Numbered from the stretch's first letter, positions 9,033 through 18,652 are shown. The stretch: DNA of 38,349 nt from Candidatus Magasanikbacteria bacterium CG_4_10_14_0_2_um_filter_37_12 (GCA_002793015.1 PFPK01000022.1:1-38349); one strand, 5' to 3'. The notes: a model not told the origin generated them from the sequence alone. Translations and numbers: made by a program.

Positions 9033-9063
9033 AGATTAATCTCCTGCACAAAAGTAAATCAAA

Positions 9064-9360
9064 TTAATTTTTTCCTTTTCTAGAAAACAGCAACAAAATC
9101 AAACAAGACAATACGTAACTCATTACTACACAAGCCAAAAATATCACTGCCCAGCGATTGGCATACCCAAAATCAAAAAATTCTCGATTGTGCATAGACT
9201 GGATACTTTTCCAAAACGAAGATGAAGCAAAACCTGGCATACACTCATGGGCATTGCAACCAATAGTTGTCCAGATAGACAAAAACCACGATGTGATAAA
9301 TACTATAAAAAAAAGCATGATTTTTTGTACGTTTGGTTGAAAGAATTTTTTGAGATGCAT
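9064..9360 (-). CDS. Small two-TM hypothetical membrane protein
   Basis: ATG start 3 nt after the upstream stop; two hydrophobic segments flank a loop with a Cys pair. Confidence 0.6.
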   Translation of the reverse strand: MHLKKFFQPNVQKIMLFFIVFITSWFLSIWTTIGCNAHECMPGFASSSFWKSIQSMHNREFFDFGYANRWAVIFLACVVMSYVLSCLILLLFSRKGKN

Positions 9361-9363
9361 ATT

Positions 9364-9594
9364 TTATAAGTTTGATGTATTTGCCATACAGCCTGCAGCA
9401 TATGCCGAGGCTTCCCCTGCTTTAGTGTCAGCCCATTCTGCAAACACTGCTGCCCTGCCTGCTTTGACCTCTGCTTGTTCGGCATTGTACACTGCTTCCT
9501 GAACATGATTATTGACGACTTCTACTCGAATAATAAGGATCACAAGTAGCACAAAAATAAAAAACTCAGGGGCGTAGGATACGATTTTTTTCAT
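9364..9594 (-). CDS. Small hypothetical protein, N-terminal TM plus Ala-rich helix
   Basis: ATG start, hydrophobic N-terminus, AEQAEVKAGRAA...KAGEASAYAA periodicity. Confidence 0.6.
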   Translation of the reverse strand: MKKIVSYAPEFFIFVLLVILIIRVEVVNNHVQEAVYNAEQAEVKAGRAAVFAEWADTKAGEASAYAAGCMANTSNL

Positions 9595-9689
9595 ATATAT
9601 AAATTAATTAATAAATTACTTTGAATTACCTTTTTATAATGTAATTTATTTTAAAAAAACAGTATTTTTTCCCCTAAATAATAGCTGTC

Positions 9690-9974
9690 TTAATTATTTT
9701 TTGGGACACAATCATTTCCCCATTCATCCATATCGGTTTCGATATCGTATCGACTAAATGGCACAATTTTACAAATATACTCAGGACAATTTTTGGCGTT
9801 AGATGATTGAAATTGTTCTCTACAATAAATTTCCTTATCCTCTTTTGAGGCATTTTGCTGTATTTTATTCATGTTTAAATTTGATATTTTTTTGACTGTA
9901 ATCCAACTTATTCCTGCAATAATAAACAATACAACTATCAAAGAAACAATAATCTTTATATATTTTACTTTCAT
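9690..9974 (-). CDS. Small membrane-anchored/secreted Cys-containing hypothetical protein
   Basis: Likely start ATG 9974 (MKVKYIK); one TM helix, then four Cys in the C-terminal part. Confidence 0.6.
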   Translation of the reverse strand: MKVKYIKIIVSLIVVLFIIAGISWITVKKISNLNMNKIQQNASKEDKEIYCREQFQSSNAKNCPEYICKIVPFSRYDIETDMDEWGNDCVPKNN

Positions 9975-9995
9975 AATTTTAATCAATGATATAAA

Positions 9996-10077
9996 CCCTA
10001 GCCCCGATAAATCGAGATCTGGGAACCTGCAGTCAAGCAGGTTAAACCACACCCTCGTCCCATACCAAAGTACGAGG
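9996..10077 (-). other. Unassigned three-hairpin structured element
   Basis: Consecutive stems at 10053-10077, 10024-10043 and 9996-10023; a GC-rich island in AT-rich DNA. Confidence 0.45.
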
Positions 10078-10294
10078 TCAAGATTAATATAATTTTTTAA
10101 TCAAACATTTGTTGGTGTGAAAAAAACAAAAAGTAAACCGAGAAATATACTTATTTTGTCAAAAACTGCGTGGAACAAAGCAAGTTTTGCCTGCCCGTCG
10201 AAGTGGTAGGTAGGATGATTAGTATATTTCGAAATGACAGATAAAAAACCTAAGTATAAGTTCTTTGTTATAATCATTATAGACCAATTATTCA

Positions 10295-11395
10295 TTAATA
10301 CAAATTTTTATAACCTTGGTATTTTACATCCTCCCCCACCATCTCAGTCTTCACTGTGTTCAATATCAAACTCTTATCTACTCCTCCAACCCCCCTACCG
10401 CCAACCACAGGCACAGCACTGACGCCTCCAATAATCTTCGGAGCGATATAAAATAAAACTCGATCAACAAGCAAAGGATCAAGTAAAGCATCGTCCACAA
10501 AGTAACCGTGTGTACCACTGCCACCTTCCACATACAGGTGTTGGATATTATATTCTTTACCTAGATATTGGAGTAATTTTTTTAGAGAAACTTTTTTGGG
10601 ACCAAAAGATTTGAACTCTACCATGGCTTTTTGAAATTTGTTTTTGTTTTTTTCTGAAGCCAAATTGGTACAAACCACAAAAACATTCTGATCTCGAAAG
10701 ACATCCAAATTAGTATCCAAATCCAAAGTCGGATCAATAATCACCCGCAGTAAATTCTTTTTTTTAAATTTCCCATGTGAAGCCAACTCTGGATTGTCGG
10801 CCCGCACAGTCCCAGATCCGACCAAGACGGCATCACACATACTCCTCTCTATACGAGCATCTTTGCGAGCTTTTTCGCCAGTGATCCATTGAGATTGTCC
10901 TGTCTTCGTCGCCACTCTCCCATCCAGACTAACCCCAGCTTTGAGAGTTACATATGGTAAGCCTGTAGTCATCCACTTGAAATAAGACTGCATAAATATG
11001 TTTATTTCTTTATAATCTACAGAATTTTTGGAAATATACTCCACTTCAATATTATTTTTTTTCAAAATATCATAGCCTTTACCATATACTTTTGGAAAAG
11101 AATCTTTCATGCCAATCACTACTTTTCGTATTCCAGAAGAAACCAACAGATCAGTACAAGGAGGAGTCTTACCAAAATGACAGCAAGGTTCTAAAGTGAC
11201 ATACATAGTAGCACCTTGCACACCAAATTTGGCTTTATCTATAGCCATAACCTCGGCATGTGGCCCACCATACTTTTTGTGCCAGCCTTCTCCAACTATC
11301 TGTCCATCTTTTACCAACACAGCACCAACACTAGGATTTGGCGAAGTATGCCCAATCCCCTTTTTTGCTAATTGAATGGCGCGTTGCATAAACAT
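10295..11395 (-). CDS. ribD: Bifunctional pyrimidine deaminase/reductase RibD
   Basis: SPNP.VG, HAE, LEPCCHFGKTPPC zinc motif; SLDG, WITG and VEGG in the reductase domain. Confidence 0.95.
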   Translation of the reverse strand: MFMQRAIQLAKKGIGHTSPNPSVGAVLVKDGQIVGEGWHKKYGGPHAEVMAIDKAKFGVQGATMYVTLEPCCHFGKTPPCTDLLVSSGIRKVVIGMKDSFPKVYGKGYDILKKNNIEVEYISKNSVDYKEINIFMQSYFKWMTTGLPYVTLKAGVSLDGRVATKTGQSQWITGEKARKDARIERSMCDAVLVGSGTVRADNPELASHGKFKKKNLLRVIIDPTLDLDTNLDVFRDQNVFVVCTNLASEKNKNKFQKAMVEFKSFGPKKVSLKKLLQYLGKEYNIQHLYVEGGSGTHGYFVDDALLDPLLVDRVLFYIAPKIIGGVSAVPVVGGRGVGGVDKSLILNTVKTEMVGEDVKYQGYKNLY

Positions 11396-11397
11396 AT

Positions 11398-11502
11398 CGA
11401 AAATTTGAAATTTGAAATTCTTAATTTGAAAACAATTTTTAATAATTTAATGATTCAATTTTAAAATTTTATTCATTTATAATTGTTTGTAAATTTCAAA
11501 TT
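11398..11502. repeat. Junction hairpin element of AAATTTG-type heptamers
   Basis: AAATTTG tandem arm and a complementary AAATTTCAAATT arm overlapping the ribBA stop. Similar to 16954-17108. Confidence 0.6.
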
Positions 11503-12705
11503 ATTCAACAAGTGCCCCATCTTGTCCTTCTTTGTCTGCAAATATTGATCATCGACACCATTGGCTGAGATCTCAATAGACACTTGTTCCACCACGTCAA
11601 TCCCATATCCTGTGATACCACCAATTTTTTTAGGATTATTGGTCATCAAACGAACTTTTTTGACACCAAGATCTCGGATAATCTGAGCACCAATCCCATA
11701 CTCACGCAAATCTTCTGGTAAGCCTAAAGCTAAATTTGCTTCGACAGTGTCAAGACCTTTTTTGTGCTGTAATTTATAAGCTTTGATCTTATTGATCAAA
11801 CCAATTCCTCGACCTTCTTGCTCCATATAGAGCACTACCCCTTTTCCTTCTTTTTCAATATCAGTCATGGCTTTGTGTAATTGTTGTCCACAATCACAAT
11901 GGAGAGAACCAAAAACATCTCCGGTAAGGCACTCTGAATGCACCCGAATTAAAACTGGAGTATTGCCACTCACTTTTCCTTTTATAAGAGCCGTATGCAA
12001 AGTATCGTGAAGTAAATCTTTGTAAACTTTCATTTCCCAAACACCTGTCTTGGTCTGTAATTCTGTTTCTGCAGCCAATTCAATAAATGATTCATTTTTA
12101 TGTCTATAGGCAATCAAATCTGTCACAGAGACCATGACCAAATTATGTTCTTTGGCAAACCTAAACAACTCTGGCAAACGCATCATCGTCCCATCACCAT
12201 TCATTAATTCACTAATTACTGCCACAGGCTTCACCCCAGCCAAAATACACAAATCAACAGAAGCCTCTGTATGCCCGGCTCGCCATAGCACTCCGCCATG
12301 CTGAGCTCTCAATGGAAAAACGTAACCAGGTCGAAAAAGATTTTCAGGATTGGCATCTTCAACAATAGCTGTCTTGATTGTTGCCACTCGGTCCTTAGCA
12401 AAAATACCTGTAGTTGCACCTTCTTTAGCCTCAACAGTGACTGCAAAAGCAGCTTCTAATTTGGAAATATTTTTGGCTACCGTTGGTGGAAGATCTAATT
12501 TGTCGGCCAACTTATTTTTTATGAAAAGACAAACAACTCCGCCAGTGTGACGAATAATAAAAGCCATTTGCTCTTCTGTAAGATGCTCTGCTGAGACCAC
12601 CAAATCCCTTTCATTTTCTCGATCTTTGTCATCAACGATGATAACTATCTCCCCACGTTTGATAGCATCAATAGCATTTTTTATTGAATCAAAATTTGTT
12701 TTCAT
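11473..12705 (-). CDS. ribBA: RibBA fusion (DHBP synthase / GTP cyclohydrolase II); RibB domain degenerate
   Basis: GCH II motifs RVHSECLTGD, CDCG, QEGRGIGL, DTVEAN and TNNP are intact. RibB motifs are altered (RENERD, TTGIFA, RPGYVFPL). Confidence 0.93.
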   Translation of the reverse strand: MKTNFDSIKNAIDAIKRGEIVIIVDDKDRENERDLVVSAEHLTEEQMAFIIRHTGGVVCLFIKNKLADKLDLPPTVAKNISKLEAAFAVTVEAKEGATTGIFAKDRVATIKTAIVEDANPENLFRPGYVFPLRAQHGGVLWRAGHTEASVDLCILAGVKPVAVISELMNGDGTMMRLPELFRFAKEHNLVMVSVTDLIAYRHKNESFIELAAETELQTKTGVWEMKVYKDLLHDTLHTALIKGKVSGNTPVLIRVHSECLTGDVFGSLHCDCGQQLHKAMTDIEKEGKGVVLYMEQEGRGIGLINKIKAYKLQHKKGLDTVEANLALGLPEDLREYGIGAQIIRDLGVKKVRLMTNNPKKIGGITGYGIDVVEQVSIEISANGVDDQYLQTKKDKMGHLLNNLKFTNNYK

Positions 12706-12754
12706 AATTCATAATCCACACAAAAACTATAAACTACAAACTATGAACCAAGGA

Positions 12755-13762
12755 CTACTTCGTCGCCATAATACTCCGCTTATAACTTTCTAAATTCTCA
12801 AGAGCAATACCCGTCCCTTTGGCTACACAAAGCATAGGCTCGTCAGCTACATAACAAGCCACGCCTGTCGCTTGGGTAACCAGCTCATCTAGATTACGAA
12901 GTTGGCTAGACCCTCCAGACATAATGATTCCTTTTTCCATTACATCCGCTGACAATTCTGGAGGAGTATCATGAAGAACACTTTTGACAGCATCAATCAG
13001 TCCTTCCAAATCAAGCTGAAGAGCTTCTGTGGTATCACTTGAAGTAACTTTGATAATTCGTGGTAAACCAGAAATCATATCCCGACCCTTCACCTCAATT
13101 TCTAAAGGTTTACTCATAAACATGGCTGAGCCTACCATTATTTTTACCTCTTCGGCTGTTCTTTCACCTACTGCCAAACCGTATTTCTTACGAATGTGTT
13201 CAGCAATAGAACTGTCAAAACGATTGCCACCAATCCGAACAGATCCACAAGAAACAATGCCACCAAGAGAAATAACGGCAATTTCTGCTGTTCCACCACC
13301 AATATCAATAATCATATGACCGCTAGCCGTCCCAATCGGAATATCTGCTCCAATCGCTGCAACAATCGGCTCTTTGATAATATAGGCTGCTTTTGCACCA
13401 GCAGCCATAGTTGCGTCTATCACAGCTCTACGCTCTGTAGAAGTGATGCCAGCAGGTACAGCCACCATTACCTCTGGACGAAAAAGGCGAGCCCCACCAA
13501 TTGCTTTATTAATAAAATAGCGAAGCATTGCTTCGGTAGTTCGATAATTTGCTACAACTCCATCTTTCAATGGTCTTTCTGCTATGATGGTATCTGGCGT
13601 GCGCCCAATCATATCTTTGGCTTCCAGCCCGACTGCCAAAACTTTCCGATCTCCAGCTGATATTGCTACTACCGAAGGTTCGTTAATTACAATACCGTGC
13701 TTTGGAACATGCACCAAGACATTTGTCGTACCAAGATCAATTGCTACTTTTTTAATCCACAT
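12755..13762 (-). CDS. mreB: Rod shape-determining actin homolog MreB/Mbl
   Basis: AIDLGTTN, INEPSVVA, RPLKDGV, IDIGGGT and TPPELSAD motifs. Confidence 0.96.
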   Translation of the reverse strand: MWIKKVAIDLGTTNVLVHVPKHGIVINEPSVVAISAGDRKVLAVGLEAKDMIGRTPDTIIAERPLKDGVVANYRTTEAMLRYFINKAIGGARLFRPEVMVAVPAGITSTERRAVIDATMAAGAKAAYIIKEPIVAAIGADIPIGTASGHMIIDIGGGTAEIAVISLGGIVSCGSVRIGGNRFDSSIAEHIRKKYGLAVGERTAEEVKIMVGSAMFMSKPLEIEVKGRDMISGLPRIIKVTSSDTTEALQLDLEGLIDAVKSVLHDTPPELSADVMEKGIIMSGGSSQLRNLDELVTQATGVACYVADEPMLCVAKGTGIALENLESYKRSIMATK

Positions 13763-13774
13763 AATTTTTTAGAG

Positions 13775-13848
13775 TAAGCAGAATAAGCAGAATAGGCTAA
13801 GTACACAGAATAAGCTATACGAATAACTTAATCTGCTTAATCTGCTTA
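13775..13848. repeat. Junction hairpin element of TAAGCAGAA 9-mers
   Basis: Inverted repeat 13775-13794 / 13829-13848 with 18 of 20 positions complementary. Confidence 0.8.
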
Positions 13849-13854
13849 ATCCCC

Positions 13855-15351
13855 TTAATCTGCTTTCAAGCTTATATTAAACTTCCGATCCAACCTCAAA
13901 TCACCTTTATATTCATAAACTCTATCCCCCCAGTGTTGTTCTTCTTCTGCTGGTTTGGCAGATTGAATAATCTTACCAAAATCAAGGTGGAGCGTCAAAC
14001 CGTGATTAATAGTCCCAATCTGTTTTTGTACAAGCAAATTATAAGTATTGCTAACAATATCTTCCGCTATATTGGTCGGTAATTGATAGATGAATGACAA
14101 TGATTTTATCTCACCAGGCTCTACTGCAAAATATACTCCGAACCACTGCTTGCCCAGCTCTTCGCCACTATCTACTTCGTCTATACCAATACTCTGACCG
14201 TTTTTCCTTTTCCCAATTATAGAAACCAATTTTGAATCTTTTGGAACATAAACTCTGGTATAGGTCAAGTATGTACTAGTACGCCAATCAAAAGTGCCAC
14301 CATGGAAATACTCCATAGTCGTTGCAGCCAAATAACGATCTGACTCAGATTCATGAGAAGCCGGTCTCTTGGAAATTGTGTAGTTAAGTGATCTTGTGAT
14401 AGCATGGTCAGTCTTGAGAGCACCGAGATTAGCGTCAACCCACAGCACATAGTCATGATTTGTTTCAACCACGTCGGCAGATAACCCATAGTTATCCACC
14501 AGTGTCTGTAGATCACTAGCCTGAGAAAAGAAAACAAGATGCTTTTCATGGGCTAGACTAAAGAGAACATCATAGTAATCATCATATCTCTCAAATAAAT
14601 TATCTTTAATATGTCCCACCAATGCTTCCATAAATGGTCTGATTATGGATTTCCTATCTTCGAACGCCATTCCTTTGGATTCATAGCCATACTCTACTTC
14701 ATATTCTAGTTGCTCAGTCACATTCTCAGAAGTAAATTCTATTCCGTCAATAGTAAAATCACCTGTAATATTCATCAATCTTTCTAGTACAGTTGGTGTG
14801 ATACCCACGACAACATCAATATCGTCTGCATTGACACCGCCCTCACCTTTATATAACTCCAAAACTTTCTTAGCACTTTCTCCAAAATCAGGAGACCAAT
14901 TACCGTCACTAAAATACCATTGACTTACTCCTAAATATTTACTAATTGGCTCTGGTGGAACTGGTTGCCAATTGGCTAGAGTCTTTTTATCAAGAACACC
15001 ACTACCTTCTACTTCCACAATTTCCATCTTTCCCCTGTCCACAGTCACCACTGCGTATACACCAATAAATCCCCCGCCTGGTCGAAGTTCAGTATTATTT
15101 TGAAAAAGAAATAAATAAGTCTTTGGTTTAGTAAAACCAAAGACTACAGGCACGACATCCAAAATTTTGTTTTGTCCTTCATTCAATTCTGCTCGAATGG
15201 TATTTTGCAAAAAATTATTGTCTATCACACTAGACAAATCAAAATTTCGAATAGCATAATAACTGAAAACCAAAAAAGTAATCAGCACAACAAAACAAGA
15301 ACCAAAAAACCATTTCCAAATGTTAGATTTTTTTCTTTTTTTAAAAAACAT
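13855..15351 (-). CDS. DUF4012 domain membrane-anchored protein
   Basis: YLFLFQNNTELRPGGGFIG, D.NWSPDF and DANLGALKTD motifs with an N-terminal TM. Likely start ATG 15351. Confidence 0.85.
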   Translation of the reverse strand: MFFKKRKKSNIWKWFFGSCFVVLITFLVFSYYAIRNFDLSSVIDNNFLQNTIRAELNEGQNKILDVVPVVFGFTKPKTYLFLFQNNTELRPGGGFIGVYAVVTVDRGKMEIVEVEGSGVLDKKTLANWQPVPPEPISKYLGVSQWYFSDGNWSPDFGESAKKVLELYKGEGGVNADDIDVVVGITPTVLERLMNITGDFTIDGIEFTSENVTEQLEYEVEYGYESKGMAFEDRKSIIRPFMEALVGHIKDNLFERYDDYYDVLFSLAHEKHLVFFSQASDLQTLVDNYGLSADVVETNHDYVLWVDANLGALKTDHAITRSLNYTISKRPASHESESDRYLAATTMEYFHGGTFDWRTSTYLTYTRVYVPKDSKLVSIIGKRKNGQSIGIDEVDSGEELGKQWFGVYFAVEPGEIKSLSFIYQLPTNIAEDIVSNTYNLLVQKQIGTINHGLTLHLDFGKIIQSAKPAEEEQHWGDRVYEYKGDLRLDRKFNISLKAD

Positions 15352-15360
15352 ACGTATATT

Positions 15361-15450
15361 ACTTGAACACTCAAACACTTTATCACCTAAGAACATCTGC
15401 AAGTAATGTCCCAGGAATAACAAAATACTAAAGTGTTTAGGTGTTCAAGT
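15361..15450. repeat. Junction hairpin element of RAACACTT 8-mers (empty form)
   Basis: Inverted repeat 15361-15382 / 15429-15450 with 20 of 22 positions complementary. Confidence 0.85.
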
Positions 15451-15452
15451 GT

Positions 15453-16946
15453 CTAATTTTTAAGTCTTTTCTTCTGTGACACATTAAAGCCAAGGTACTT
15501 CCCGCACATCATGTGGGTGACCGCATCAATTGCTGGAATAGCACTGATAAAAATAAGGGAGATTGGTAAGAGTGCCCACTGCAAAATCATGATAACATAT
15601 TTATGTCTTGGGTGTGATTCTGGGCGAGGTGGCAGAAGTGGCAGACTCAGTATAGCAGAAAGTGCCATTCCAAGCATGGCACTGGTCATTATAATTTGCA
15701 ACATGTGTGGGGCGTTGAAAAAAAGCGCACTTTGTCGAATTGATTCTGGTGCCACCAAAAGTGGTAATTGTCCCAGCACAGTAATCAGTAAAGCAATCAA
15801 ACACCAAGACCACTTGCCTTCCCATTCTACAAATACCCACTTGAATTTCTTCCAAAGTGGAATAGCCTTCCCTTTTTTGCGAAATTCCCAAAGTAAGTAC
15901 GGTACATGCTCGACTCCCCAAGCCCAACGTCTTTGTTGACGATACAGATTCTTGATACTCTGTTTCCACTTATCATCTCGAACAGTATCCATAGATACTG
16001 GTAAATACATTGGAGTCACTTCATAATTACCATTGTAAGTAAGTAAACATTGATAAAAAATTCTAGAATCCTCACTAACAATCCTTTTTTCATGAAATCC
16101 TGCGTCAACTATGGCACGAAAGCTCATCGAGTGAGATGAAAAAGTAACAAGCGCATCTTGTCTAGCCAAAGAAGTCAACATCCAAAAAGTCGTACCAAAA
16201 GCCATAACACGCAAGATGGCTGGGGACTCCCACATGTTGTTGTTGTAGACAGCGATTGGTTGATATGAACTCTTCGTAGGATTTGGATGAGTACAATACA
16301 AATATGTGAGATAAGCAAAATACTGGGCATGACAAACTGTATCAATATCAAAAATAGTCACAATCAACTTGTCATAATCCCAACTTCTTTCATCAATATA
16401 TTTCTTCATCTCTTGCTCAGCATAATTGAGATTTGATCCTTTGCCATGGATTTCGTCAGGCAGATTGCTTGGATGACAGACCCCCACAATATCATGGAAT
16501 GAACCAAAGAATTTGTTTTTGATTCTTCCCAAAATATCGTGGTAATGATCTTCTTTCCTCTCTTCACCGGCCACGACAATAATAAATTTATCCTTATTGT
16601 AAACAGAACTGACAATACTTTCTATAGCTGTCTCGACCACATCCCACTCTTCATTGTATAGAGTGAGAAAAATAATATGCCACTTGTCTTCATGGTTAGT
16701 TAATTCATATTTGATCTTATCTTTCCAATCAATACTTCTGGTCTGTCGAAAACGGATCCAGGCAATGATAAGATAAAACGAAAAATTAAACACCTTCAAA
16801 ACCCAATATATATCAAAGACAATGATGAAATAGATCATCCAAAGTGGCTTGACAAAAGAAAGCAATATTACCAAAAACAAAGTGCCCCAGATGGATAGGC
16901 CTGGGAGCATTTCATATAAACGATAGCGTTGGTAATCAGTTAACAT
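15453..16946 (-). CDS. Membrane-embedded processive-type glycosyltransferase family 2
   Basis: GKGSN, DID (DxD), SED and QQRRW (QxxRW) motifs with TM helices at both ends. Likely start ATG 16946. Confidence 0.88.
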   Translation of the reverse strand: MLTDYQRYRLYEMLPGLSIWGTLFLVILLSFVKPLWMIYFIIVFDIYWVLKVFNFSFYLIIAWIRFRQTRSIDWKDKIKYELTNHEDKWHIIFLTLYNEEWDVVETAIESIVSSVYNKDKFIIVVAGEERKEDHYHDILGRIKNKFFGSFHDIVGVCHPSNLPDEIHGKGSNLNYAEQEMKKYIDERSWDYDKLIVTIFDIDTVCHAQYFAYLTYLYCTHPNPTKSSYQPIAVYNNNMWESPAILRVMAFGTTFWMLTSLARQDALVTFSSHSMSFRAIVDAGFHEKRIVSEDSRIFYQCLLTYNGNYEVTPMYLPVSMDTVRDDKWKQSIKNLYRQQRRWAWGVEHVPYLLWEFRKKGKAIPLWKKFKWVFVEWEGKWSWCLIALLITVLGQLPLLVAPESIRQSALFFNAPHMLQIIMTSAMLGMALSAILSLPLLPPRPESHPRHKYVIMILQWALLPISLIFISAIPAIDAVTHMMCGKYLGFNVSQKKRLKN

Positions 16947-16953
16947 AATTTTT

Positions 16954-17108
16954 AATTTGAAATTTTTAATTTTAAAAACAATTTTCAATGAGTTAATTTT
17001 AATACATAAAACTTAGACATTATCAGGTATCGTATAACACAAGTCTACAACATTGTAAATTTATAAATTAAAAATTGTTTGAAAATTGTAAATTATAAAT
17101 TTCAAATT
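16954..17108. repeat. Junction hairpin element of AAATTTG/AAATTGT heptamers
   Basis: Inverted repeat 16954-16972 / 17090-17108 with 18 of 19 positions complementary. Confidence 0.75.
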
Positions 17109-17382
17109 AATAAACTATTTTAAACTCCCCAAACTCACTCTCCTCGACCTCCTTCCATTCTTCTATCACCTTCTCAACTTTAGCGTACTCTGATCCCTCT
17201 TTACACCATTTTAGCATTTTTTTCAAGTCTTCTTTCTCTCCTTCTACTAAAATCTCAACGGTTTTGTCTGGACAATTTTTGACCCAGCCCTTCAAGCCAA
17301 ATTCACGAGCCTTTTGGCAAGCTGTGTCTCGAAAAAATACTCCTTGGACTTGACCATGAATGGTGAGGTGGAGTTGGTTCAT
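17107..17382 (-). CDS. acyP: Acylphosphatase
   Basis: G.VQGVFFR and GWVKN..D..VE motifs. Confidence 0.93.
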   Translation of the reverse strand: MNQLHLTIHGQVQGVFFRDTACQKAREFGLKGWVKNCPDKTVEILVEGEKEDLKKMLKWCKEGSEYAKVEKVIEEWKEVEESEFGEFKIVY

Positions 17383-18623
17383 ATTTTTTCACTGACTTTC
17401 TTTTCAGCTTCAAACACTAGTTCTGCAATCTCATTTATTCTATCTGCCTGCAAAGTAAAACTAACCAAACCTCTTGATAATAATTCCGGCAATACTTTTT
17501 TCAAAGGAGACAAAAAAGAAGTGGTCGTCTCTATATTGTTATATTTGCATGTTTCAAGTACATTGTACACCAAATTTAAAACAGCCGTATTTGCGGGGTT
17601 ATAAACCTGTTGCATATTTGGATTGGTTCTATCTGCAGCAAGTGTATATTGTGTAATATCATTTATTCCAACAAATGCTAAATCAAGACCCGATTTTACA
17701 AAATCTTCAATTTGCATAGCCGCCACAGGAGTCTCAAACATTGATCCAACTTTTATATCTACATGTGGTTTTATGCCGTGTCCCAATAAGGCTTCTTTAA
17801 CTAGTATATATTCTGAAACATCTCTCACCATTGGAAAAATTATTCCAATATTATTGTATCCTGCGTCTAGCACTTTTTTTATGGCTTGAAAATCAACAGA
17901 TAACAATTCTTTTTGATCCAGTCCGCGCACAATTCCCCTCCAACCAAGCAAAGGATTACTTTCTACTATTTCTTCTTCGCCTTTATTATATAGACTAAGT
18001 TCGTCTGTTGAAAAATCCATTGTCCTAATCCAAACTGGCTTTGGATTAAAAGTCTCTGCAATCTGCATTATGCCATTTGCCAAAATATCAATCAATTCTT
18101 GCTCTTTGTTTTGTTTTATATAATAAAAATAAGGGTGATTTCCTGTTTCTTCAACAATCAAATTTGTACGTAATAATCCGACACCGTCAGTATTTAACTC
18201 CATAGCACTTTTTGCCATTCTAGGGATACTCATTTGTAAATATATTTTACTATTCAACTTGTGAGCCAAAGGGAGATAAAAATTCTGACTATTTTTTTCT
18301 TGTTTTCCTAAAAAAATGTTACCGCTTTGCCCATCCACAGTAACTTCAATGTCTTCCTTAAAAACAGAAATATCATCAACCAACACACACGGTTTCCATA
18401 TTTCTTTGATATAAGAAACTGTATGATCCGCTTCACTGGCAGATTGGATAATAAAAGCAGAGGCATGGCGTGCTTGGCTAGGTAGCGGTGGGTGTAGTGA
18501 TTTGGCAAAAACAATATCACCATCCACAATTTTAGACGCAGAATCAATATTTTTTACATACTTTAACTTTCCAGAGATAATCCCAGGACTTACACCATCT
18601 CCTTTTAGTAATATTTGTTTCAT
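17379..18623 (-). CDS. PEP-utilising enzyme-like protein (His swivel domain + PEP-binding barrel, no ATP-grasp domain)
   Basis: G.GVSPG, ADH..., VTVDG..G, DGVGLLR, E.NPLLGWRG, MFETP and GINDITQYTLAADR motifs. Confidence 0.8.
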   Translation of the reverse strand: MKQILLKGDGVSPGIISGKLKYVKNIDSASKIVDGDIVFAKSLHPPLPSQARHASAFIIQSASEADHTVSYIKEIWKPCVLVDDISVFKEDIEVTVDGQSGNIFLGKQEKNSQNFYLPLAHKLNSKIYLQMSIPRMAKSAMELNTDGVGLLRTNLIVEETGNHPYFYYIKQNKEQELIDILANGIMQIAETFNPKPVWIRTMDFSTDELSLYNKGEEEIVESNPLLGWRGIVRGLDQKELLSVDFQAIKKVLDAGYNNIGIIFPMVRDVSEYILVKEALLGHGIKPHVDIKVGSMFETPVAAMQIEDFVKSGLDLAFVGINDITQYTLAADRTNPNMQQVYNPANTAVLNLVYNVLETCKYNNIETTTSFLSPLKKVLPELLSRGLVSFTLQADRINEIAELVFEAEKKVSEKI

Positions 18624-18652
18624 AATTAAATATTTATTCTTTTGTTATACAA

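Noticed and set aside
10101-10295. 64-aa ORF after ribD as a ribE remnant
   Set aside because: No MFTG start or lumazine-binding motif; it spans an inverted repeat and a palindrome.
12706-12754. FMN riboswitch upstream of ribBA
   Set aside because: Only 49 nt of heptamer-like repeat lies there, with no RFN consensus.
15352-15423. N-terminal extensions given by the ORF track (also 1671-1694, 3142-3198, 16947-16988, 28076-28279)
   Set aside because: They translate repeat or leader DNA (e.g. KIKNFKLKI); downstream ATGs match family N-termini better.
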